From Candidatus Poribacteria bacterium (GTDB taxonomy: Bacteria; Poribacteria; WGA-4E; PCPOR2b): a stretch of DNA of 64,000 bases. The translations under genes were made by a program, and so were the position numbers. The notes below the pieces were generated by a model. That model saw nothing but the letters and a program-made list of their open reading frames with translations. It was not told the origin of the DNA and did not search any database. Every line of letters starts with the position of its first letter. Position 1 is the stretch's first letter. This document shows positions 41,101 through 49,257 of the stretch, piece by piece. The stretch is taken from positions 4,992,001 through 5,056,000 of the forward strand of contig OZ244042.1 of assembly GCA_965215015.1 (NCBI GenBank), given 5' to 3'.

Positions 41101-41519
41101 AATAGTGTTTGGGGCTTAATACGCATATTATCCCCAATAACAAATTGTGTAAATCTGCCACGGAAGTTATCTTCAGTTAAAATCTGGCGGTCCAACTGGG
41201 CGGAAAATCTTTCGCTATCAAGCTGACCGGTCCAACCCAAAATCAGTTCTCCGTGTTGATCGAATTCTTTCACCTCGCGGTAATTATACACTTCGTTACC
41301 TTCGAGGAGTTCTCTACCAAACAGGTCATAGAAGAACTGAGGTTCTTCTTCTAATTGGAAACGGTCGGAAAAGTTTGCCTGTCCTTCGACCGTCGGTAAA
41401 AGCGGTTCTTGTGGACCAAGACTCGTTGCACCGCACCCATAAAGCACAAAACAACTGATTAGCCCCGCTAATAAAAAAAGAACATCAGGTGAGCGTTTTG
41501 AAAACTTCATTACTTTCAT
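38184..41519 (-). CDS. Large putative outer-membrane lipoprotein with acidic Ca-binding-like repeats
   Basis: AAGGAGG RBS at the MKVMK start; lipobox-like LYGC; amphipathic beta-strand segments; DDDDDDDWPD / DRDQNGILD / DLNNNGVVD; C-terminal Phe. Confidence 0.7.
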   Translation of the reverse strand: MKVMKFSKRSPDVLFLLAGLISCFVLYGCGATSLGPQEPLLPTVEGQANFSDRFQLEEEPQFFYDLFGRELLEGNEVYNYREVKEFDQHGELILGWTGQLDSERFSAQLDRQILTEDNFRGRFTQFVIGDNMRIKPQTLFPNRYIIYKTEFDGFRWDISFSQERHLFTLLNSRISNPVQLSDAAANLAPTLGRRNGFSDDVGLRHIENARLIGFRAQGLLGDVFRVGLTYVNLHKEHPERVENPLFGGSVANTPPDRIVVVFRDDSPEDNNYGGLAHDLERETQVAKIQGGVGVAVKGMKVHVITQALSGFPDEGPDRPAGPERSQTISVFIDDIVAVEGSAEPIESADGQWKIAEGFNKMQYTLDLTSEELPNGPIDPRTVKSIEFEMTVAGDYNIVVIGFSEANRSDDPLAAEWIKTEDGRIETPYRDVLQAPGNYGRSEHYTQNRASLKHNPSRWEDEGQSRTIRYRYGAARAGVLYGIDLEGTLFNTFIRAHYSINGKFKQYPTIPRDQIGFSRLNPEIEGAGVTIDEREQLDDGNLNPTFGVPLDANGIPTYSETEGERFEAKLNGDPNDDGEMGRETAWFVNLRQRYGKLFLEGTFYHIDPGYTTTYYNFGANDARDATYSLERTPESGAEILPFDEINYSLIEDDDDDDDWPDSIDFDGVLPQADDRDQNGILDYQEDFLIFEADPPVFEDLIDLNNNGVVDSLEDDFEPQYEYGINREGYHVEASYDLLDNLTLKLGWLNESEVSSQRKNDSKYAHLSFQRDVPDFGTVLFQNRFVRVDDDIPDYSITLRPGELDATQESDFLDFFKTRVNVTSLQFLYSAIPNLTLETKFLVDWRKQLGLDEEDAIALDFAQDDPSQEKDDHVDFMVPDEQVRADGDRKSFPFYPDHGLNPLDPEDLGLIYDQENWIPRRFQEKTVRNQITIIRAKYEIPLGDLPGVDRIGEDLTLTPMTKYIWTRAFDHTTDDILSGTYINPLDPTKFVPDDPEVVEYLRFNKRSREDVLGVRLDYQFTQRMNVLGGFQYRKFTNRDSNIKDYLATPAFADADIPILFRPDIRTRIFEVQSISRGEWQGFNIVILAGFRRTTILLDHTTSNTTFVRAMMGF

Positions 41520-42828
41520 TTGCCTCCTTGAGGAAATCATAAATTACATTTGACGTAAAAGTGAGGATATAAAACCTCCATAATCACGTTCATCCAAGCA
41601 CCAAGTTAAAATAAGGAGATGGAATTAATCACAGCTTTGGAGTTTTAGACTGTTTATCAATCCCTCTCCCATTTCAACCTGCGTCAGTAGTGAAACATAT
41701 CGTAACCTCCTTTAACAAGGATTTATTAGCAATACAAAACTATATTAGTTGCTTAGATTTCATACAAAAACAGTCATTACATTTTTTCTGCTAGAGTTGT
41801 ACCCCAGCGGTATCAGGTTGAGGCTTGCAGCCCAATCTATCGGGATACAAGCATCTGAAAACAGTTGGCATGCAAATAATTAACGTTCAAAGTTAGACAC
41901 TGATTAAGGTTTAGGCATCGCTCATTGAGTGAGCCGGATAATTTACATGCTTGACTTGGAAATCATTCACGTTTTTCATCCTTCTTGCCACCACTGTTGC
42001 GCGATGTTCCGAGTATCTTTGCGCTCTCTTTTGACATGAGCCAACACGAAAATTCCATGTCTAACCTGTATTCAATTTATGCTTTTTTTCTCGATGAAAC
42101 TCTGCTCTGAAAAAAAGTAACTTCTAAGATAACACTTCTGCAATTTTCTGTCAAGTGTTTTTTCTCAAATTAATTATGATGCACCGGAATAGGTCAAGAG
42201 GGGCCTGCACCCTTGACATTGCAACGAATCTTTGTGATTCTTGGGACGTTTGCACGAGGTATAAATCAAACGCAGTTAGAAGCGGAAGCATTCCCAGATA
42301 TTTGAGCAAAAATGTTGGCCAACTGTGCCTTTTGGTTGTCGCAAACATTAACCGGACAAAAGGCACCGGACAGAAGACATTGAAAGAGGTTGGTAAAAAA
42401 TACAGGCAGGCTAAATATCGGTTGGATAAGCATTGAGGTCAAAACTACATAAATTTTGGTAATCGCAGATTGCAGAAATCAAGATGAGTGATGCACTCCC
42501 ACGCCCTGAAAGGGGCTTCTCACCTTTCGGTTGAGAAAACCCACTTCCCACGTAGCACAGGACAACATTTTGCGAGCCGCTCCCTTGACATATGACATAA
42601 ACTTTAACGTGCAGCCTACCATTACTGCCAGCAACAGCGTCGAGGTTATAAGGCTTGTACTAAGCCTAGGTACACGCCAAGACATACGACTACAGGGACA
42701 GTTTAATGTAGACAGTCCCTGATACTTTTCAATGGATTTCGTCCATTTTGACAGCAGCCAACTACATTCGGGAACCATCACAAGCCATAGCAAAGACTTG
42801 CTGGAAATTTTAAGAGGCGCACCAAAAA

Positions 42829-43410
42829 TTACGGGAGGTTGTTGGCGGCTCGAATCTGTTCCTCGCTATACGCCTCATCATTCCATTCAGTGATACGCCA
42901 TTCTTGCTGATCGGAATCCTCATTCTTTCTCAACTCAAAGGTAAAAACATTATTCCCTTCTGCGAACCAGCCCGTATAGCCTCCTTCAAGGGAATCGCCA
43001 TCAGCGACAAACCCTTGGATTCGATAGTGATTTCTGACCTCTGCTCGTGTCCGATCTGTATTCAGTTGCACCTCGGGTGGCTCAGATAACTCAATCTCAA
43101 TATCTTGGAACCTTGCAAAAACACGCTTCGCAGAATCTCTTTCGTCCCGGATATCGTCAAATATAACATCATCTGTTTTATCAGCCTTTGTGCCCATATC
43201 CGAAACGTAAAGAAATCCGTCTTCCCAGAACGCACTCATATACCTATCAAGGTCTTCGCTCTGATAGCCTTCGCGCCAGTTTTTCAGAACTTGGTTAATC
43301 AACACAATCTCTTTTTCCTGGGGTTTAGCGACACTACTCACATCCCCGCAACTTGTAAGAAAACTAAAAGCGAGCAATAGCCCGGTGACTTTGGCAAATA
43401 CTTTTAACAT
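42829..43410 (-). CDS. Lipoprotein with NTF2/SnoaL-like domain
   Basis: GGAGG RBS, lipobox LTSC; WREGYQSEDLDRYMSAF...WRITEW pattern. Confidence 0.65.
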   Translation of the reverse strand: MLKVFAKVTGLLLAFSFLTSCGDVSSVAKPQEKEIVLINQVLKNWREGYQSEDLDRYMSAFWEDGFLYVSDMGTKADKTDDVIFDDIRDERDSAKRVFARFQDIEIELSEPPEVQLNTDRTRAEVRNHYRIQGFVADGDSLEGGYTGWFAEGNNVFTFELRKNEDSDQQEWRITEWNDEAYSEEQIRAANNLP

Positions 43411-43453
43411 GGCTGAACTACCTCCATAAGGCCAAGTTGCATTTATTAGCCTT

Positions 43454-43990
43454 TCAAAAGGATTTGACAATACCTAGTTGAAGTTGTGTTGGAGTTGCCT
43501 TGAGTTGCACGCCTAATCCTTCAAGCTGTTTCATATCATCAATGAGTTGATCGGCTTTCGTCTCTGCATTGTACAAATTTGCACCAACATAGGAATCAAT
43601 CAAGCTGTACGCCCATACGCCCGCTGCTGCGAGCAGAAAAAATTGCCGCAGCTTATAACGTTGATTCGCTCGATTGTATTGAAAAATAGCTTCTGGAGAC
43701 TTATCATCGTTTAAGGCAACCGGAACATACTCATTGTTGTAAACATCTTGAAAAGATTGGTGAGTAATCAATGCACCAATAAGGAGACCACTTGTTCCCA
43801 CAAAGGAGGTGGTACCCAGAAAACGGTTATGGGCATAAAACTGCCCCCAGCCGGGTAGAATTGCAGACCGAACAACAGCACCAATCGGTGAAATAAGACG
43901 TAAGCCTTTGTCCGGCTGCGCGGAACTGATTTCAACCCACCAACATAGAGATAAAACGGGAATCAAAAGTGTTATACGAAACAACTTCAC
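43454..43990 (-). CDS. DUF5683-like membrane protein
   Basis: AVVRSAILPGWGQFY and VWAYSLIDSYV motifs; start moved to GTG 43990 because a promoter overlaps the ORF-track start. Confidence 0.65.
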   Translation of the reverse strand: MKLFRITLLIPVLSLCWWVEISSAQPDKGLRLISPIGAVVRSAILPGWGQFYAHNRFLGTTSFVGTSGLLIGALITHQSFQDVYNNEYVPVALNDDKSPEAIFQYNRANQRYKLRQFFLLAAAGVWAYSLIDSYVGANLYNAETKADQLIDDMKQLEGLGVQLKATPTQLQLGIVKSF

Positions 43991-44031
43991 CAGAGATCGG
44001 GTCAAATTCTTATACCTCTCTCTAAAGGCAT

Positions 44032-44060
44032 ATAATAGCAAAACCTGAAAGTCTTGTCAA
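44032..44060 (-). promoter_or_regulatory. Sigma70-type promoter
   Basis: Minus strand TTGACA-17bp-TATTAT with extended TG. Confidence 0.65.
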
Positions 44061-44061
44061 T

Positions 44062-44100
44062 AAAAAAACAGCTAAGGTGACATTCCACCTTAACTGTTTA
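44062..44100 (-). terminator. Rho-independent terminator
   Basis: aaaaaaacagctaaggtg-acattc-caccttaactgttt hairpin just after the stop at 44121. Confidence 0.65.
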
Positions 44101-44120
44101 ATTTTCGTTGCAAGTTAATG

Positions 44121-45725
44121 CTATTTTCTTCGACTACGTGTTTGGGTTCTTGTGGTATTACGCCTACGTTCTTTTTTCTCATCATCGTCATCGTTACTGC
44201 TTGAGCTTGCCGACGTAGATCTTTGCAACCGCGAAGTCGCACTAGATGAACGAGTGCTTGATTGCTTAGATCTTCTTCGCGTTTCTGTACTTTGTTTTAC
44301 GCTTGAAGATTTGCTACGTGAGGGTGGTGAATTCAACCGACCTCTCGAAGACTGTGTTCGGTTGTAGAGGCGAACGCGACGTTCTGCATTTGATCGGGTA
44401 GATACTTCGTCATCAGATGAATAGCGTTTGTCCTTTGTAGAGAACCGGAAGTGATCATATTGGTGAGTCCGACGAACTGTGTTGGATCGGGTATCTCTCT
44501 CAGATGTACTTAAACGCTTCCGTTTTAAAATCTGCTGAGTTGCACGGTAAGATCGGGTGGAGAGGTCAGGAGTAGGACGCTGGATACGACGCTGCCTCTC
44601 TATTGCAGCGTTTGATCTATTTCTCGTAGCGGGGAGTTTCCGTTTTTGAGAAAGCGTCGAATGTTGGATGACTCGATCCGCGAGAACCGGTGTCTGACGG
44701 TGTTCCGTAATTAGCGAACGAACACGGGTTTGTACATTGGTTTTATTCGTTTTGGAGGTGGTGACTGATAATCGACTCCGAGAATACTCACGGCGGGTAT
44801 TTTCGTGTGTTGCAGTCCAGCGATTCAGCCGTCGCGTCTTAGGCGATTTATCAACGCGGACATCCACGTGGTAGTGGGAACCACGGTGGTAGTGACGGGG
44901 GTAGCGACGATAGTAATTGTGGAGATAAACGCCGTAAGCGCGACGAACAGCAAGATAGTGATAATCATAGACCGGGTAACTCCATCGAATGTAGTACCCC
45001 AGATCTGTAGAGTAATAAAATGGACCATCGTAAAAATAGAGATAGGTATATCTGTACCAAGGTTGCCAATGGTAATCTCGCGCATAACGGTGTATAACAC
45101 GCACATCAGGCTGTCGTTGATAGGTCACAACATCAACATACTCGACGTCAAGTTGCTCACCATTTTCGGCAACAATGTGCATCTCAAGCATACCGTTATC
45201 AACATGCCCTGCCGTTGCAATTTTTATTGTCTCTGAGCGACGCTTTGCACGCAAAAAGAAGGTATCGCCATAGAGGGTTTCCTCCTCACCGTTATCATTA
45301 TAGCGTCTGCGGGAGTATTCACGTTTGGTATTCCGAATCCAAACACGACCTGCAATCTCCTCGTAATCAAAGGCCGCTCGATGTGGTTCCCCTCGGTAGC
45401 GTACCAGAATCTCAACATACTGAGCTTGTCGAGGAATTTCAAAAAGATAGATTGCACTGGCTATCGCAAATTCGTAGTTTTCCTCTTCATCGGATTCACT
45501 TGCCCAAGCTGTTAGACGGAGCCCGTTTCCAAAACGAGGGCTTGCGGTGACAGTTGCATTACCGCGCTCGATCCAGTCCTCAACATCGCCTGCGTCTCGG
45601 TGTTCACGACTTACTCGATCAGAAAAGTAATCGTATTCATAGTCTGCTAGAACAGCAGGGGGCATAAGCATCAATAAGAGGATTATTAGTATCGGACATA
45701 CGGGAAATGAGATATCGAATTTCAT
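44121..45725 (-). CDS. Secreted hypothetical protein with Tyr/His-rich middle and long Arg/Ser/Thr-rich tail
   Basis: GGAGG RBS before MKFDISF, signal peptide, long uninterrupted ORF, terminator downstream. Confidence 0.7.
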   Translation of the reverse strand: MKFDISFPVCPILIILLLMLMPPAVLADYEYDYFSDRVSREHRDAGDVEDWIERGNATVTASPRFGNGLRLTAWASESDEEENYEFAIASAIYLFEIPRQAQYVEILVRYRGEPHRAAFDYEEIAGRVWIRNTKREYSRRRYNDNGEEETLYGDTFFLRAKRRSETIKIATAGHVDNGMLEMHIVAENGEQLDVEYVDVVTYQRQPDVRVIHRYARDYHWQPWYRYTYLYFYDGPFYYSTDLGYYIRWSYPVYDYHYLAVRRAYGVYLHNYYRRYPRHYHRGSHYHVDVRVDKSPKTRRLNRWTATHENTRREYSRSRLSVTTSKTNKTNVQTRVRSLITEHRQTPVLADRVIQHSTLSQKRKLPATRNRSNAAIERQRRIQRPTPDLSTRSYRATQQILKRKRLSTSERDTRSNTVRRTHQYDHFRFSTKDKRYSSDDEVSTRSNAERRVRLYNRTQSSRGRLNSPPSRSKSSSVKQSTETRRRSKQSSTRSSSATSRLQRSTSASSSSNDDDDEKKERRRNTTRTQTRSRRK

Positions 45726-46098
45726 TGCAACTCCTCCCTTTGGGTGCATTCAACAACGCAGATTTTCATAACTCGCTCACATAATGCAAGGAGTTCGCTC
45801 ATGCCTGTTACAACGCATGAGCGAACCTGACGTTATCCACCAATAGAATTCGTAATGTAATGTATAAAGCAATTTAGATGCCATCATTGATTTTACCGCT
45901 GTCTCGTCTACAGCAGCAAAGGGACCTAGTGTCCGTTGAGCCCAAATCGTAGCAATAGAGATACGTAGCTGTGGCAAAAGCGATACCCAATATTGATTGA
46001 CAGATTGATTCATATTAAACGAGCAAGCCGACGTCAACAGAACCTAGTGAGCCAAATGGGTTTCAGTTGGACGATTTCTTAGCATGAACCTACAGATG

Positions 46099-46857
46099 TT
46101 AATCCCTTGCCACGAGTCGAATGCCCCTTCGGGCTGCTAAATCCCGTGCAAGTGGTGTAATAATAGTTGGATTCGTGTAACCAAATTCGCGTACAGCTGG
46201 TGGAAGCTCAGCAATCACCGAAGCAGTGATAATGTTCTGTCTCCCTACTGAGTTCGAGTTAAAATGGTGTGTACTGTCGCTTAGAATTGTCTCAGCAATC
46301 TGATCAGTTGTAACAAATTGAACCCCGAAGCCCGACAGGGTTTTAATGTAATCTTGCCCTAACTTTGAGATTTCAGGTGGGATTTTAGCCCCATCCGGAA
46401 TTTCAAAACCATCAGACGTTGCTATAACCTGGTTTCTGCGAAGCAACGCTTGGAATATAAGATAAGCACACGGCGTGTCTGCCATTCCCAAACTCATCTT
46501 CGCTGCCATCGCACAAGATAGCGTCGGAATAATGATTAAGGAGAAATCTTCGGTGAACGGTCGTAGAGTTGTAATTTCACCGTCTACGAAAACCTGTTCG
46601 TTCCCGCATGTGGATCGAATACGGGAGATGTCCAGAATCCGTGCCGCCATATCTGACAAAATCGCTGTGACAATATAACCTTGCTGGATACACCTGTCAA
46701 GCTGTGCTAGAGGTGGTGCAAGATCGGTTTGAGCTGCATCGAATATCGCCAGAATCCGTTTGTCGGATTGGGAAGATACCAAGGCGATTCCTTGTTGTGT
46801 GAGAACTTTCGCCACTTCTGCTTCAATCCGCCGAATTATTGCTGGACTGAATTCCAC
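46099..46857 (-). CDS. BMC-associated flavoprotein-like protein (PF02441-like)
   Basis: N-terminal amphipathic EP-like helix; IIPTLSCAMAAKMSLGMADT; C-terminal IITPLARDLAARRGIRL. Confidence 0.7.
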   Translation of the reverse strand: MEFSPAIIRRIEAEVAKVLTQQGIALVSSQSDKRILAIFDAAQTDLAPPLAQLDRCIQQGYIVTAILSDMAARILDISRIRSTCGNEQVFVDGEITTLRPFTEDFSLIIIPTLSCAMAAKMSLGMADTPCAYLIFQALLRRNQVIATSDGFEIPDGAKIPPEISKLGQDYIKTLSGFGVQFVTTDQIAETILSDSTHHFNSNSVGRQNIITASVIAELPPAVREFGYTNPTIITPLARDLAARRGIRLVARD

Positions 46858-46867
46858 TTAGCTACCC

Positions 46868-47599
46868 CTAATCTCTCAGCAACTCGATGCCTTCTCCTCC
46901 CCGTAAGCCGGCAGCATTCGCGTCATCTGTATCTAGATGCATCTGCGGCACATAGCTCGGTGATATTTTCGGATGAATGTTTTCAAAAGTCAAGGCGCGT
47001 TCGCCGGGGATGCGAACTTTTAATAAATCCCTTCCGTGTATCCCCCAATGTGCTGCGTCTTGGGGAGTCATGTGAATATGCCGCGTCGCACAAATTGCGC
47101 CCTCTTCTAAGTGAATAGATCCCTTGGGACCAATCAATACAATCGACTCTGAACCGGCGAGATCGCCCGAATCGCGAATCGGGGGATTTAATCCCAGTCG
47201 AATCGCATCAGTCTGGGCGAGCTCAACCTGAGAATAATCTCTCACGGGACCGAGAATCCGAAGCCCCTCAATTGCTTGCATACGTCGGCCTACAACGGTC
47301 AATGTTTCTTTTGCTGCAAATGCACCGGGCTGATACAAAGGGGCGTGAACGGTCAATTGATGCCCCTCACCGTACAAAATCTCCAAGTGTTCCTGAGTTA
47401 CGTGTGCATGTCGCGCTGAAACACCAATTGGAATTTTCTGCCGTTGAACGACGGCGTCACAGGCACGCTGCCCCGCCTCGCAGGTTCGCAAGGCACAGCC
47501 GCCACACGGTTCGCCTCCGGTTTCAGGATTCAAAGCAACCTGTTTTAATTGTTCAAGCACTTTATGAGTGACCAGTTCAATGAGTGCTGTGTCATCCAT
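46868..47599 (-). CDS. pduL: Phosphate propanoyltransferase/acetyltransferase PduL
   Basis: GVSARHAHV, LYQPGAFAAKE, QVELAQTD, RDSGDL, RHIHM, MHLDTDDANAA; N-terminal encapsulation peptide. Confidence 0.93.
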   Translation of the reverse strand: MDDTALIELVTHKVLEQLKQVALNPETGGEPCGGCALRTCEAGQRACDAVVQRQKIPIGVSARHAHVTQEHLEILYGEGHQLTVHAPLYQPGAFAAKETLTVVGRRMQAIEGLRILGPVRDYSQVELAQTDAIRLGLNPPIRDSGDLAGSESIVLIGPKGSIHLEEGAICATRHIHMTPQDAAHWGIHGRDLLKVRIPGERALTFENIHPKISPSYVPQMHLDTDDANAAGLRGGEGIELLRD

Positions 47600-47627
47600 C
47601 CGCTATCTTCTCCAACTTGATGTTCCA

Positions 47628-47960
47628 TCAATTTGCCGCTGCATCGCTGGCGAGATCAATCGTCAATGTGTTATCATCGGTCTGCTCTTGGCTAGGTAAA
47701 ACCGATTCAACCTCTGCATGTGGGCGTGGGATGACGTGGACCGATACAACTTCTCCGACTCGTGCGGCTGCTTCCGCACCGGCATCTGTGGCTGCTTTGA
47801 CAGCACCGACATCGCCACAAACCATGACCGTGACATATCCACCGCCGATCTTTTCATAGCCGATAAGTTGGACATTCGCCGCTTTGACCATCGTATCAGC
47901 CGCTTCGACGCTTCCAACAAACCCTCTCGTTTCAACCAACCCTAAAGCCTCTCCAGCCAT
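47628..47960 (-). CDS. BMC-H shell protein with acidic C-terminal extension
   Basis: ALGLVETRG...KAANV...[13 protein letters not shown]...HVIPRPH plus ~20 aa tail. Confidence 0.95.
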   Translation of the reverse strand: MAGEALGLVETRGFVGSVEAADTMVKAANVQLIGYEKIGGGYVTVMVCGDVGAVKAATDAGAEAAARVGEVVSVHVIPRPHAEVESVLPSQEQTDDNTLTIDLASDAAAN

Positions 47961-48041
47961 AATCGATATTGTAACCTCCTGATTGACAGTTATCGATTGT
48001 GCCTCACCTTAAAAAACAGATAATCTCAAAGCCACTATAGC

Positions 48042-48070
48042 AGTATATCACAATCTGCCGATGGATTCAA
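48042..48070 (-). promoter_or_regulatory. Sigma70-type promoter of BMC operon 2
   Basis: Minus strand TTGAAT-17bp-TATACT with extended TG. Confidence 0.6.
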
Positions 48071-48212
48071 GCATTTTCAGGACGCATCACTAAGGTCCTA
48101 TTGACATTTCATCGCAACCAGAAAATCAAGGGAGGGAACACAGATACATATTCCTTCGTAGGGGGTGGGGCTCTTAACCCTTTGTTCACATATAGTTGGG
48201 GTTCCCAAGCCG

Positions 48213-48946
48213 GGCGAGTCAATGGGCGAAGTTCTCTCGCCTACGCCCCCTATCTGTATCTATGTTTTCTAGGTCATCCGTTTCAGCCACGATTCAGACA
48301 ATAAGGAGCCCCTTCCTCAGACCTATCTCGGTGTTTAGATATGAACGTGAGGCCTCTAATCCTGTGGATCCTTCAATCCTGAAAATCTTGATTCAGACAA
48401 TATTTATGAACACTGATACCCTTGCGGGTCAACAGGGCAAACAGGACAATCAGACAGGCGAGTCAATGGGCGAAGTTCTCTCGCGTGCGCCCCCTATCTG
48501 TATCTATGTTTTCTAGGTCATCCGTTTCAGCCACGATTCAGACAATAAGGAGCCCCTTCCTCAGACCTATCTCGGCGTTTAGATATGAACGTGAGGCCTC
48601 TAATCCTGTGGATCCTTCAATCCTGAAAATCTTGATTCAGACAATATTTATGAACACTGATACCCTTGCGGGTCAACAGGGCAAACAGGACAATCAGACA
48701 GGCGAGTCAATGGGCGAAGTTCTCTCGCGTGCGCCCCCTATCTGTATCTATGTTTTCTAGGTCATCCGTTTCAGCCACGATTCAGACGATAAGAAGCCCC
48801 CTTCCTCAGACCTATCTCGGCGTTTAGGTTATGAACGTGAGGCCTCTAATCCTGTGGATCCTTCAATCCTGAAAATCTTGATTCAGACAATGTTTATGAA
48901 CACTGATGACCTTGCGGGTCAACAGGGCAAACAGGACAATCAAACA
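48213..48946. repeat. Tandem triplication of a 244-bp unit
   Basis: ggcgagtcaatgggcgaagttctctcgc at 48213, 48457 and 48701; a few SNPs/indels between copies. Confidence 0.96.
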
Positions 48947-49069
48947 GGTGTCTGCATAGAATTTGGGGTGTCGGTGAGTCTCAGTTTGTTTTGACCCAAC
49001 AGAGGTGTTGAAATCTTGAAGTTGTTCAAACAAAAATGTGATATAATGCTCCCGGTCAGGGGAATTCAT
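48890..49069 (-). pseudogene. Probable truncated transposase 5' fragment
   Basis: MNSPDREHYITFLFEQLQDF...RHPKFYADTCLIVLFALLTRKVI resembles a DDE transposase N-terminus (recalled, not searched); interrupted by a repeat; MITE-type terminus taggagttacgc at ~49081. Confidence 0.4.
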
Positions 49070-49257
49070 GTTATAATCCTTAGGAGTTACGCCCTTGAGT
49101 TTGCAGTCGCGCAATTCAACTGATAATTCCAATGGTGTTCCTATATTGAGAATGGGGGATTTTGGAGCCCCAATCCCTACCCGTTGAGGGCTACACACAT
49201 CAGCTCCTATTTATGAGCATCCCTCATTTAACTTACGCAATATAATAGAAAAACCTC

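Noticed and set aside
42151-42793. ORFs 42155-42436, 42479-42793 and 42531-42722 as genes
   Set aside because: No recognisable motifs or RBS, atypical composition, overlapping on opposite strands
48196-48760. Repeated ORFs of 106 and 112 aa in the 244-bp array
   Set aside because: The unit length is not a multiple of 3, there is no clear RBS, and the ORFs are by-products of the repeat
48213-48946. CRISPR array
   Set aside because: Whole 244-bp units repeat with no unique spacers, and there are no cas genes
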